Source: Verrucomicrobiota bacterium (GTDB taxonomy: Bacteria; Verrucomicrobiota; Verrucomicrobiia; Palsa-1439). From it: a stretch of 56,070 nucleotides of DNA. The notes beneath the pieces were generated by a model. That model was not told the DNA's origin, did no database searches, and saw only the letters and a list, made by a program, of their open reading frames with translations. Within the stretch, counting starts at the first letter, position 1. The number at the start of each line of letters is the position of its first letter. The translations under genes and the position numbers were made by a program. This document shows positions 27,762 through 37,144 of this stretch, one piece after another. The DNA lies in contig JBAWWR010000003.1 in NCBI GenBank assembly GCA_037146675.1, forward strand, positions 1-56,070, given 5' to 3'.

Positions 27762-28971
27762 AACGAAGCGCTTCAATGGGATCTAGTTGGGAGGCCTTGC
27801 GCGCCGGATAGAAGCCAAAGAAGACGCCGACCGCCGCGCTGAACAAAAACGCTACCACCACTGCCGGCACTGAGATCAGTGTCGGCCAGCCAGCTACTGC
27901 GGACAAGACTTTGGCGGTGCCCAGCCCGATGGCGATACCGAGGATGCCGCCCAGTGAGCTGAGCGTGATGGCTTCAATTAGAAATTGCAGCAGGATGTCG
28001 TGGCCGCGCGCGCCGACCGCCATGCGAATACCGATTTCACGGGTGCGCTCGGTGACGCTGACGAGCATGATGTTCATGATGCCAATGCCGCCGACCATCA
28101 GCGACACGCAGGCGATTGCGAATAGGAGCACCCGCATGATTTTTGAGGTGGCCGTTGCCATCTCAGCGATTTCCTGCTGGTTGCGGACGGTGAAATCATC
28201 ATCTTTGCCGGGCACGATGTGGTGGTGTTCGCGCAATATCGCTTCGATCTGGCGTTGCACCGGCACGAGCATCTCCACCGACTCCGCCTGCACGTTGATG
28301 GCGCGGAGCGTGGTCTGCCGCAGCAAGCGTTTCATCACGCTGGTGTACGGCGCAATGATGACATCGTCTTGATCGGTGCCCATTACCGACAGACCCTTCG
28401 GCGTCAATACGCCAACGACAACAAATGGAACTTGCCGGACGCGGATGACTTGACCGACTGGATCGTCGTCGCCAAAAAGTTGCGCGGCTATTGTTTTGCC
28501 GATGATGGCCACCTTGTTGGCGCTGCGCACATCTTGGTCGGTGAATACCGCACCGGTTGCCAGTGGCCACTCGCGAATTGAAAAGTATTCCGGTGACTCG
28601 CCGATAACCGTCGTATACCAGTTCTGATTGCCGGCACCAATCTGGGCGCCGACACGCGTTTCCGGGCTAACAGCCACAACACCGGGAATCTCGCGCGCGA
28701 TGCTGCGGAAATCGTCCAATGTGAGTGTGCCGGCGCTGCCCCAGCCACCGCGCACGCCGCCACTGCTGCTGTTGCCGGCCCACACGATGATTAAATTCTG
28801 GCCGAGGCTGGCGATTTGCGCTTCGACTTGCGCCTTCGCGCCGTTGCCCACACCAACCATCGCAATCACCGCGCCGACGCCAATAATAATACCGAGCGCG
28901 GTCAGCGTCGAGCGCAGTTTGTTGCGGCGCAACGCGCGCAGAGCGATTCGCAATGTGGCCAGAAATCTCAT
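27754..28971 (-). CDS. MacB-family ABC permease
   Basis: RSTLTALGIIIGV, GGIGIMNIMLVSVTERTREIGIR and LDPIEALRYE motifs. Confidence 0.93.
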   Translation of the reverse strand: MRFLATLRIALRALRRNKLRSTLTALGIIIGVGAVIAMVGVGNGAKAQVEAQIASLGQNLIIVWAGNSSSGGVRGGWGSAGTLTLDDFRSIAREIPGVVAVSPETRVGAQIGAGNQNWYTTVIGESPEYFSIREWPLATGAVFTDQDVRSANKVAIIGKTIAAQLFGDDDPVGQVIRVRQVPFVVVGVLTPKGLSVMGTDQDDVIIAPYTSVMKRLLRQTTLRAINVQAESVEMLVPVQRQIEAILREHHHIVPGKDDDFTVRNQQEIAEMATATSKIMRVLLFAIACVSLMVGGIGIMNIMLVSVTERTREIGIRMAVGARGHDILLQFLIEAITLSSLGGILGIAIGLGTAKVLSAVAGWPTLISVPAVVVAFLFSAAVGVFFGFYPARKASQLDPIEALRYE

Positions 28972-29729
28972 GCGGTCAATTGAATCGCCTGATGTTGGTG
29001 GTCGAGCTTCCGGAGCTCGTCTTGTGCAATCAACCGGTGCGCGACCGGCGTATCGCTAACGACGAGGCCATCGCGCATGACGACGCTGCGTTTGGTGTAC
29101 TGCGCAATATCGAGTTCGTGTGTGACCATTACAATCGTAATGCCGGCATCATTTAATTTCTGGAAAACACCCATGACTTCGACACTGGTGCGGGTGTCGA
29201 GGTTGCCGGTCGGTTCGTCGGCGAGCAATAGCTTCGGATCGTTCACCAAGGCGCGGGCAATGGCGACGCGTTGCTGTTGACCGCCGGAAAGTTGGCTTGG
29301 ATGATGATCGGCTCGGTCAGCCAAGCCGACGATTCGCAGGGCGTGTGTGGCGCGTTCGGCGGCTGTGTGCGACGCGATCCGTTGCCGGCTGTAAAGCAGT
29401 GGTAGCTCGACATTTTCCAGCGCCGAGGTGCGGGCGAGCAGGTTGAAGCCTTGGAAGACAAATCCAATTTTTTGGTTACGAATGTCGGCTAATTGTTCGC
29501 GTTCCAACTTGGACGCGTCGACGCCATCAAGCAGATACTGTCCGCCTGTGGGTCGGTCGAGACAACCGAGAATATTCATCAGCGTGGACTTACCGGAACC
29601 GCTGGCACCCATGATGGCGACAAACTCGCCGGTCTGAATTTCCAGCGTCACGCCACGGACGGCATGCACATCCACCTCGCCGGTATGGTAGGTTTTGTGG
29701 ACGTCCACAAATTGAATGACGGCGCTCAT
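28968..29729 (-). CDS. MacB/LolD-type ABC ATP-binding protein
   Basis: GASGSGKS, LSGGQQQR and ADEPTGNLD motifs. Confidence 0.95.
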   Translation of the reverse strand: MSAVIQFVDVHKTYHTGEVDVHAVRGVTLEIQTGEFVAIMGASGSGKSTLMNILGCLDRPTGGQYLLDGVDASKLEREQLADIRNQKIGFVFQGFNLLARTSALENVELPLLYSRQRIASHTAAERATHALRIVGLADRADHHPSQLSGGQQQRVAIARALVNDPKLLLADEPTGNLDTRTSVEVMGVFQKLNDAGITIVMVTHELDIAQYTKRSVVMRDGLVVSDTPVAHRLIAQDELRKLDHQHQAIQLTA

Positions 29730-29730
29730 C

Positions 29731-30927
29731 TTACCGGAAGCGCATGCCACCACCGGCGAGCGGGTTGCTTGTCTGCGTGCCAGCTTTGTAAATTGCGCTA
29801 GTGATAACCTGATTGCTCTCGCTTAACCCCTCGGTCACTTCGGTGTATATACCATCGCTGATACCGATTTTGATTTTAACCGGCGTGGGTTTGCCGTCCA
29901 GCGTGTACACGGTGCGGGCAAAGCGGCGCTCACTTTTGTCGCGTTTACCGGCGGCGCTGTTAGCGATTGGCGGAACGGCGTTGGTGGCGGTTTCAGCAGG
30001 CCGGAACCGCAGCGCCGCGTTCGGAACGCTGAGAGCGTTGTCGAGTTGGGCAATGATGATGGAGACGTTGGCGGTCATGCCGGGCTTGAGCTTCATGTCT
30101 GGATTGTCTACGGCGATGACGGTGTCGTAGGTCACGACGTTCTGGACGGTGAGCGGAGCATTGCGGACTTGAACAACTTTGCCGTGAAACGTCCGGTACG
30201 AAAACGCGTCGACAGTAAAATCCACGTCCTGACCAACGACAATGCCGCCAATATCTGCCTCCGCGACATTGGAATCGATCTGCATCTTGGTTAAGTCGTT
30301 GGCAATGGTGAACAACGTCGGCGCGCTGAGGCTGGCGGCGACGGTCTGGCCGACCTCTACATTGCGGGAGATCACGATTCCGTTAACTGGTGAGCGGATT
30401 GTGCAATGGAGTAAATCTACCTGGACTCGCGCCAATGTTGCTTGGCGATTTTGCAGCACAGCTTCGGCTTGATGCAGGCTGGCAACGGCGGTGTCGAAGT
30501 CGGATTGTGGAATGAGCTTGCCGGCGAGTAATTCCTGCGCGCGCTTGGCGTTGATCTGGGTGAGTTCGAGCGCCGCGCGGGCATTGGCGACATCGGCGGC
30601 GGCGAGCTTGACGTTGGCGTCGTAGATGAGGGGTTCGATTTCAGCAACGATCTGGCCATTTGTGACCGGCGAATTGAAATCCACCGGCAACTTCGCAATC
30701 GTCCCGGAAATCTGGCAGCCAACGGTGACATTGGTGACCGGATTGAGGGTGCCGGTTGCTGTGATGGTCTGGATCATTTCCCGGCGCGTCACGGTGGCGG
30801 TTTGGTATTGGGTGCCGTCATGATTCTGCCGGTGCCACCACCAGCCAATGCCGGCTCCAACCAGCGCCAGCAGGGCGACAATTAAAATCCATTTCCAACT
30901 ACGGCTCACATTTTTAGGCACGTTCAA
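29731..30927 (-). CDS. MacA-type periplasmic adaptor subunit
   Basis: TGTLNPVTNVTVG, IRSPVNG, GQTVAASL and LKPGMTA motifs. Confidence 0.92.
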   Translation of the reverse strand: MNVPKNVSRSWKWILIVALLALVGAGIGWWWHRQNHDGTQYQTATVTRREMIQTITATGTLNPVTNVTVGCQISGTIAKLPVDFNSPVTNGQIVAEIEPLIYDANVKLAAADVANARAALELTQINAKRAQELLAGKLIPQSDFDTAVASLHQAEAVLQNRQATLARVQVDLLHCTIRSPVNGIVISRNVEVGQTVAASLSAPTLFTIANDLTKMQIDSNVAEADIGGIVVGQDVDFTVDAFSYRTFHGKVVQVRNAPLTVQNVVTYDTVIAVDNPDMKLKPGMTANVSIIIAQLDNALSVPNAALRFRPAETATNAVPPIANSAAGKRDKSERRFARTVYTLDGKPTPVKIKIGISDGIYTEVTEGLSESNQVITSAIYKAGTQTSNPLAGGGMRFR

Positions 30928-31520
30928 TTTCTCCGATCAACGGGGGTGATGACAACGCTAACTTGATTAAACCCGATTGTCTGTAAAAAGTTGCGGATAA
31001 TCGTTTCCGCGTTTTGCTGGGCGTTACTGAGAATACCCATCTGCACTGCCGCCTGCCGCACATCTTCCAGAGCGGCCCGGCGCGCGCTTTGTTCTAGGTC
31101 GGGATTAAGTCTGACCCACGGCGTCCACCACGTTTTACTGCGGTCCCAGACTTTCGTTTCCGTGTCATCGAGCGACACGTCAATGATGCTGGCTGGCGGC
31201 AACCGGATCAACACCGCCTTGCCGGTTTGACTGGCCGTGGCGCTGGCGAGATTGACGCCACCCAGGACTTTGGCTTGCACGAGCATCAGCACCTGCTCGT
31301 TGCCGAACGGGACTTTCTGCTCTTTCAGGCCGATGACTTTCTGGATGTTGTAGCGAACGGTGACCAAATCATTGAGCAGTTGGATTTGCCGGAGAATTGC
31401 CGGCGCCGCAACGGTTGTTTGACTGGTCGGCTGTTGCGGAAAATACCTGTAATACACCGCCAGCCCGGCGAGGCCGATAATGACGGCCGAGACAAAATAG
31501 AATTTAATGGCGCGCCACAT
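30924..31520 (-). CDS. DUF4230-like membrane-anchored protein
   Basis: N-terminal TM; LVTVRY...AKVLGGVNL...GILSNAQQNAE pattern. Confidence 0.7.
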   Translation of the reverse strand: MWRAIKFYFVSAVIIGLAGLAVYYRYFPQQPTSQTTVAAPAILRQIQLLNDLVTVRYNIQKVIGLKEQKVPFGNEQVLMLVQAKVLGGVNLASATASQTGKAVLIRLPPASIIDVSLDDTETKVWDRSKTWWTPWVRLNPDLEQSARRAALEDVRQAAVQMGILSNAQQNAETIIRNFLQTIGFNQVSVVITPVDRRN

Positions 31521-31523
31521 TGG

Positions 31524-32027
31524 TCACCAATCCCGCTGCCGGAACGAAACAAACTGCCCTTTGCCAACCGGCTGGGTATACGGTCGCTGGCTTTTGACGG
31601 TGACGAAATGCTGTTGCCCGATTTTTAGCGCAATCAACCCAGCCAGCGCCTCATCGGTGACCATGAACCCCAATACTTCACGCTCGATGACGCCCTGCGC
31701 CGGGATGCGAATCGTGCCCAGCGTCGTCGGCTCATAGTAATCTTTCTCGTGAGCCAGTAGAACAAACCATTCGCGTTTCAAAATCACCTCATACGGATTC
31801 GGATTTTTCAACCGCAACGACACAATCACCATGCAGCTGGCGTCCACGCGGTCAACGGCGGTTTCGAGCAGTTGGACAATGTAATTTGTGCCGCCGTATG
31901 TGTGAACTTGGCTCGGTTGCGAAAACGCCTGCGCATCCCGCAAGCGCAACCACGCCAGCGTGCTGAGACTGATGACGTTGACGAGGACAATTGCGCCGAT
32001 GACAATCTTCAGCCATTTATTCTTCAT
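31524..32027 (-). CDS. Membrane-anchored hypothetical protein, DUF4352-like Ig fold
   Basis: ATG 32027 gives MKNKWLKIVIG plus a TM helix and a beta-rich domain (VSLRLKNPNPYEV...FVL). Confidence 0.55.
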   Translation of the reverse strand: MKNKWLKIVIGAIVLVNVISLSTLAWLRLRDAQAFSQPSQVHTYGGTNYIVQLLETAVDRVDASCMVIVSLRLKNPNPYEVILKREWFVLLAHEKDYYEPTTLGTIRIPAQGVIEREVLGFMVTDEALAGLIALKIGQQHFVTVKSQRPYTQPVGKGQFVSFRQRDW

Positions 32028-32127
32028 GGCTGTTCCACCGCGCTGGTCCGCGTCCCGACCGCAAACGTCGCTACAAGTTTCATTGCCGGCAATTATAGCC
32101 GTTTTTGCCACGGCGCAATAGCAATTC

Positions 32128-33645
32128 TTAAGCCACGTTCCGGTCGGCAACCGGCGAATATCGATAAACTTCATCGAGCGGCGTCGTGCCGGCTGCGGCT
32201 TTCGCGATGCCGTCAGCACAGATGGTGATCATGCCGTCTTTGATTGCCAAAGCGTGCAACTCATCCACACGTGCACCCCGGCGCAATGCGGCTCCAACTG
32301 CCGGCGTGACTTCGAGCATTTCAGTAAGCGTTGTGCGACCCCGGTAACCAGTTTGCCCGCACTTGGCGCAGCCGACGGACTTGCGGAACTTGTGTGGCAA
32401 GGTCGTCCAGTCCAAGCCACCTTCCTGAGCTAGTTTCTGCGCTTGGGCCAATTGACTTCGGGTCGGTTCCGCCGCAACACTGCATTCTCGGCATAGCACC
32501 CGAACTAAACGCTGGGCGACCACCAACTTGGCGGTATCGGCAACCAAGAACGGCGCTAAGCCAATGTCCATGATTCGCGTCAACGCGCTTGCGGCGCTAC
32601 TGGTATGAAGCGTGGTCAGGACCAGATGGCCGGTCAGTGCCGCTTGCACGGCAACCTGCAATGAGTCGAGGTCGCGCATTTCTCCAATCATGATCACATC
32701 GGGATCGCTTCGTAGAAATGACCGCATGACACGGGCAAAGGTCAGACCAACGTTCTGATTGACCGGCACCTGCGTCACCCCCGGCAATAAATATTCCACC
32801 GGATCTTCGACGCTCATGACTTTCACGCCGGGCTTGATCACTTCCTGGAGACAGGCGTAAAGCGTGGTTGTCTTGCCGGAGCCCGTCGGACCAGTACAGA
32901 AGACGATGCCATTTGGGGTCTGTAGATGCCGCCGTAGTGTCGTCCGGTGCTGCGCCGAATACGGCAACTGGTCGAGAGTGCGTTGGGCTTCCCCCTGCCG
33001 CAAGAACCGGGCCGTCAGGTTTTCTCCAAGGACGGTGGGGATAATGCAAACTCGCAGATCCAGCCGTGAGTCGTCCAAATCCAGAACAATGCGGCCGTCT
33101 TGCGGTACGTCCTTTACGTTCACATCGCAGTGGCCCAGTTGTTTCCATTGCTCGATGAGCGCCGGCAATAGCCGCACATCGGCGGTCACCGCCGTGTGTA
33201 ACACGCCGTCCACCCGGTACCGCAAATGGAGTTGGGAAATCTGGCCGTCGGTTTGCGATTCGAGATGGAAATCAGTGGCGCGCATTGCCGATCCGAGCCG
33301 AATCATCAGGTTTACGGCCTGAGCTACCGGCTCGCCGGCATTCACCCCATTCTGTTTTCCGCCGACCGCCGCCAGCTTAGCTGTAAGCGCATCAATCAGC
33401 GGATGAATATCAGCCACCAATTCGATGCGCGGCTGCTGGCCTTTAACGAATCGTTCCACATCGGTCCGGTAAAACCGCCATTGCCGACCGGCTTTCATAC
33501 CTTTAATCTTGCCGGCGCGCAGCCAGCGATAGAACGTTGGCCGGGTGGTTTTCAGCAGTGCAATTGCCTGCTCCATATCGAGTAATTCTTCAGCTACGAC
33601 CGCTGCTTGAGGGTTGGCGAGAGCCTTTTTTTGTTTCATGACCAT
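32128..33645 (-). CDS. GspE/PilB-family ATPase with N-terminal excisionase-like HTH (HTH_17)
   Basis: N-terminal LLDMEQAIALLKTTRPTFYRWLRAGKIKGMKAGRQWRF; then RYRVDGVL, GPTGSGKTT, EDPVEY, DPDVIMIGEMRD, TGHLVLTTLH and two CxxC. The AGGAG spacing favours ATG 33639. Confidence 0.9.
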   Translation of the reverse strand: MVMKQKKALANPQAAVVAEELLDMEQAIALLKTTRPTFYRWLRAGKIKGMKAGRQWRFYRTDVERFVKGQQPRIELVADIHPLIDALTAKLAAVGGKQNGVNAGEPVAQAVNLMIRLGSAMRATDFHLESQTDGQISQLHLRYRVDGVLHTAVTADVRLLPALIEQWKQLGHCDVNVKDVPQDGRIVLDLDDSRLDLRVCIIPTVLGENLTARFLRQGEAQRTLDQLPYSAQHRTTLRRHLQTPNGIVFCTGPTGSGKTTTLYACLQEVIKPGVKVMSVEDPVEYLLPGVTQVPVNQNVGLTFARVMRSFLRSDPDVIMIGEMRDLDSLQVAVQAALTGHLVLTTLHTSSAASALTRIMDIGLAPFLVADTAKLVVAQRLVRVLCRECSVAAEPTRSQLAQAQKLAQEGGLDWTTLPHKFRKSVGCAKCGQTGYRGRTTLTEMLEVTPAVGAALRRGARVDELHALAIKDGMITICADGIAKAAAGTTPLDEVYRYSPVADRNVA

Positions 33646-33723
33646 TAGCTCCTTTATGGTCGTGATATATCATAGTGCTTATGAATTACAATGATAATTG
33701 TCAGCGACTACTGAAACACCGCG

Positions 33724-34425
33724 TCAAATCAACCCCAGCTCCTTCAAGCTCACGAAGTCCTGTTCGCGTCCGGCGCTGCGTCGGCCGAGGATGATATGGT
33801 CGTGAACGGCGATGCCGAGTATCTCGCCGGCCTTAACCAAGCGCCGTGTGATTGTAATGTCTTCGTTGCTCGGTGTCGGGTCTCCACTTGGATGGTTGTG
33901 AACGAGAATCATGCCGGCAGCAGATGCCGTGATGGCGTCCTTGAAAACCTCGCGCGGCTCGACAACACTGGCGTTCAACGAACCTCGTGAGACCGGACAG
34001 CTTTTGAGGAGCGCGTTTTTAGTGTTGAGCAGCAGGACGTGAAATTCTTCCCGGTCGAGCAACCTAAAATCTTCCCGGACACAGGCCGCTGCCTCTGCCG
34101 GTGTGGTGATGATGCGCATTGCCGACCGGGAATATTCCGCCAACCGGCGGGCCAACTCAAACGCCGCCTTCAATTGAATCGCCTTCGTCTCGCCGACGCC
34201 TTTGGTTTTCGCAAGCGCTTCGAGCGGGGCGCCGGCGAGTTGGTCGAGTGCGCCGAACTGCCGGATCAATTCTTGCGCCAACTGAATCGCCGACACGCCT
34301 TTCGTCCCAGTGCGTAGCAGAATCGCCACCAACTCCGCCTCGGTCAACGCCAGCGGCCCGCGCTTTTTGAGCCGTTCGCGCGGACGTTCATCTTCCGGCA
34401 TCTCGCGGATGAGATAACTGCGCAT
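33724..34425 (-). CDS. radC: RadC family protein
   Basis: ERPRERL, HhH motif and HNHPSGDPTPSNED JAB motif; full-length form. Confidence 0.93.
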   Translation of the reverse strand: MRSYLIREMPEDERPRERLKKRGPLALTEAELVAILLRTGTKGVSAIQLAQELIRQFGALDQLAGAPLEALAKTKGVGETKAIQLKAAFELARRLAEYSRSAMRIITTPAEAAACVREDFRLLDREEFHVLLLNTKNALLKSCPVSRGSLNASVVEPREVFKDAITASAAGMILVHNHPSGDPTPSNEDITITRRLVKAGEILGIAVHDHIILGRRSAGREQDFVSLKELGLI

Positions 34426-34489
34426 GCCGGCAACGATGGCGAACCGGCGCCGGTGTGTCGAGGAGATTTTCGCTGGCTGACCGGCGGAT

Positions 34490-34517
34490 TTGACAGACGC
34501 GCGTTCGCCGCTATGTT
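34490..34517 (+). promoter_or_regulatory. Putative sigma70 promoter of the glutaredoxin gene
   Basis: TTGACA-16 bp-TATGTT. Confidence 0.55.
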
Positions 34518-34548
34518 GCCGAGTCGCAGTCAGCCAAAGGAAATTAAA

Positions 34549-34881
34549 ATGCCAATTACAAAACAACCAACGATTATTGCCTGGTTAAAGCCAACGTGCG
34601 GCTGGAGCAACGGCGTCCGCGCCACATTCAAGAAATACGACCTAGCCTACGAAGATCGCAACATCATCGTAAATCCCGAGCATCGGGCTGATATGGAAGC
34701 GCGCACCGGCCAAGAGTTGTCGCCGTGTGTCGAGGTGGATGGCCACATTCTGGCCGATATCAGCGGGGCTGAAGTGGAAGCGTGGATGATTAAACGCGGT
34801 TATATCAAGCCGAGCGCTGCGCCGACTGAGGTGCCAAATAATTCTGCCTGTCAAACGCACGGCGGTACTGTCCCGGTCTAG
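34549..34881 (+). CDS. Monothiol glutaredoxin-like protein
   Basis: CGWS active-site motif and TGQELSPCVEVDG cis-Pro region; AAGGA Shine-Dalgarno. Confidence 0.8.
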   Translation: MPITKQPTIIAWLKPTCGWSNGVRATFKKYDLAYEDRNIIVNPEHRADMEARTGQELSPCVEVDGHILADISGAEVEAWMIKRGYIKPSAAPTEVPNNSACQTHGGTVPV

Positions 34882-34896
34882 CTCGGCACCGGCGTG

Positions 34897-36180
34897 TTAC
34901 TCTTCGGCGACGACGTACGGCTTTAATTCGCCGGCCAGCACGCGCGGAATTTGCGCGCGGAGAATGACCTTGCCGGCTTCGTGTTCGCGCGCCGTGACAT
35001 AACCGGCCCGGTACACCAGCGCAATCGCTTGTTGCCGGTTCGCCGGAATCGCCAGCGTGACGCTGACGCGCCGGTCGCTGAGCCGCAGCGCGATTTCTTC
35101 CTGTAACACATCGAGATTTGTTCCGCACTTCGCCGAAATCGCCACGCTACCGGGATGTTCGCGCTGCAATCGCTCCAACACCGACCGGTCTTCGCCAATC
35201 CGATCGATCTTGTTCAGCGCCACCACGGTCGGCTTCGTGCCGGCATCGAGTGCGTTCAGCACGACCGCGACCGCAGCGATTTGCTCGTGCACTTGCGGAT
35301 GCGTCACGTCCACGACGTGCAACAGCAAATCCGCTTCAGTGGTTTCTTCGAGCGTCGCCTTGAAAGATTCGACCAGATGATGCGGCAGCTTGCGCAAAAA
35401 GCCGACCGTGTCGCTCAGTAAAATATTTTGGTTATTCGGCAACCGGTGTTTGCGTGTCGTCGGATCCAGTGTCGCAAACAACTTATCTTCCGCGAGCACG
35501 CCGGCATCGGTCAGCTTGTTCATCAACGTGCTCTTACCGGAGTTCGTGTAGCCAATAATTGAGACGCGCGGCCAATGTAGTTTCTCGCGGCCGCTGCGTT
35601 CGATGCGCCGGTTTTTCCGGACTTCTTCGAGTTGCCGCTGCAAGCGCGTGATTTTTTCCTGCACGCGCCGGCGGTCCACTTCTAATTGCGTTTCGCCCGG
35701 CCCCCGGCAGCCGACGCCACCGCGTTGCCGGGACAAGTGCGTCCACATACCGGTCAGGCGCGGCAACATATAATGAAGCTGGGCCAGCTCGACCTGAATC
35801 TTGCCTTCCCGAGTCCGTGCGCGTTGCGCAAAAATGTCGAGGATGAGTTCCGTCCGGTCGATCACTTTCACGGTCGGGCCGAAAATTTCGCACAGATTGC
35901 GGCCCTGCGCCGGCGACAAGTCGTCGTCAAAAATTACGGTATTGGCAGCCAACGCCTGACAGCGGGTAGCGATCTCGTCAGCCTTGCCTTTGCCGACAAA
36001 GGTTGGCGCGCTCGGAGCGTCGCGTTTCTGGGTGAGCAACTCGAGAACGGCGACGCCGGCCGATTCGGCGAGTTCCCGGAGTTCGGCGAGTGAATCCTGT
36101 GCCGCCCAACGATCCTGACCGGGTCGCTCCAAGCCGATGAGCAACGCCGCCTCTGGTGGCGGCGCTTGGGTGTCGTACAT
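34897..36180 (-). CDS. hflX: GTPase HflX
   Basis: RGPGETQLEVDRR, GYTNSGKS, FATLDPT, DTVGF and NKID motifs. Confidence 0.96.
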   Translation of the reverse strand: MYDTQAPPPEAALLIGLERPGQDRWAAQDSLAELRELAESAGVAVLELLTQKRDAPSAPTFVGKGKADEIATRCQALAANTVIFDDDLSPAQGRNLCEIFGPTVKVIDRTELILDIFAQRARTREGKIQVELAQLHYMLPRLTGMWTHLSRQRGGVGCRGPGETQLEVDRRRVQEKITRLQRQLEEVRKNRRIERSGREKLHWPRVSIIGYTNSGKSTLMNKLTDAGVLAEDKLFATLDPTTRKHRLPNNQNILLSDTVGFLRKLPHHLVESFKATLEETTEADLLLHVVDVTHPQVHEQIAAVAVVLNALDAGTKPTVVALNKIDRIGEDRSVLERLQREHPGSVAISAKCGTNLDVLQEEIALRLSDRRVSVTLAIPANRQQAIALVYRAGYVTAREHEAGKVILRAQIPRVLAGELKPYVVAEE

Positions 36181-36182
36181 CT

Positions 36183-37061
36183 TTAGTGCGATGGTAGTTT
36201 CTCCAAAATTCGGGTCGCCGTGACTGCCGGCGGTTCATCCGCCGCGACTGGAATCCAGATTAAACCCGGCTCCCGGCGAAACCAAGTCAATTGTCGCCGC
36301 GCAAGTTGCCGGGTGCGCGTTTTGATGAGTGCAACTGCTGCCGGTAACGTCAATTCACCGGCAATGTATCCGGCCAGTTCCCGGTAACCGGCCGCTTGCA
36401 TGGCAATCGGATTTTTTGCCAACCCATGCGCAAGCAATTGCCGAACTTCAGCCACCCAACCGGCGGTGATTTGCTCGTCAATCCGCTGTTCAATCCGCGC
36501 GAACAAATCTTGCCGGTCGCGTTCCAATCCAAAAATGAAATCCGTTGGTTTGCTTGTTTGTGTCTGGAATTCACGGATGGACCGACCGGTGGCGTGAAAC
36601 ACCTCTAGCGCGCGAATGAGTCGGCGCGGATTGTGCCGGTCAATCGTGGCGGCGGCCTGCGGATCGAGTTGCTGGAGTTCGGTAAAAAGTTTTTCCGCCG
36701 GCAAGGCTTCAAGCCGGTCACGCAAGACGTCGTTGCGGCCGGGGCCGGTGAACAATCCTTGCCGGAGTGAGCGCACGTACATGCCGGTGCCGCCGACAAC
36801 CAAAGAGCGAGCCAGATGCGGACCGGCGAGTTCGACGAATTGTTTTACGTCGAATGATTCGTTGATGTCGCAAACGTCGATGAGGTGGTGTGGGACTTGC
36901 CGGCGCTCGGCCGATGTCGGTTTGGCGGTGCCGATGTCCATGCCGCGGTAGACCTGCATCGAGTCGGCGGAGACGATTTCCGCGCCGAGCCGGTTAGCAA
37001 GCTCGAGTGCGATTGCACTCTTGCCAGAAGCGGTTGGCCCAACGAGAAAGACCGGGAACAT
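36183..37061 (-). CDS. miaA: tRNA dimethylallyltransferase
   Basis: GPTASGKS, DSMQVYRGMDIGTAKP, VGGTGMY and RRQLTWFR motifs. Confidence 0.96.
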   Translation of the reverse strand: MFPVFLVGPTASGKSAIALELANRLGAEIVSADSMQVYRGMDIGTAKPTSAERRQVPHHLIDVCDINESFDVKQFVELAGPHLARSLVVGGTGMYVRSLRQGLFTGPGRNDVLRDRLEALPAEKLFTELQQLDPQAAATIDRHNPRRLIRALEVFHATGRSIREFQTQTSKPTDFIFGLERDRQDLFARIEQRIDEQITAGWVAEVRQLLAHGLAKNPIAMQAAGYRELAGYIAGELTLPAAVALIKTRTRQLARRQLTWFRREPGLIWIPVAADEPPAVTATRILEKLPSH

Positions 37062-37109
37062 GCGGTGCACGATAAAATAAAACCAATACGCTGGCGACGT
37101 AAATCAGCA

Positions 37110-37138
37110 TTGAACGACTGTCCCGGTCAGACTAGGAT
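37110..37138 (+). promoter_or_regulatory. Putative leaderless sigma70 promoter of gmhA
   Basis: TTGAAC-17 bp-TAGGAT, 6 nt before the GTG start; no Shine-Dalgarno. Confidence 0.6.
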
Positions 37139-37144
37139 GCCGGC

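Noticed and set aside
32128-34425. Prophage or ICE suggested by an excisionase-like HTH plus radC
   Set aside because: No integrase, att/tRNA site or phage genes; radC is the full-length chromosomal type and the HTH is fused to the ATPase
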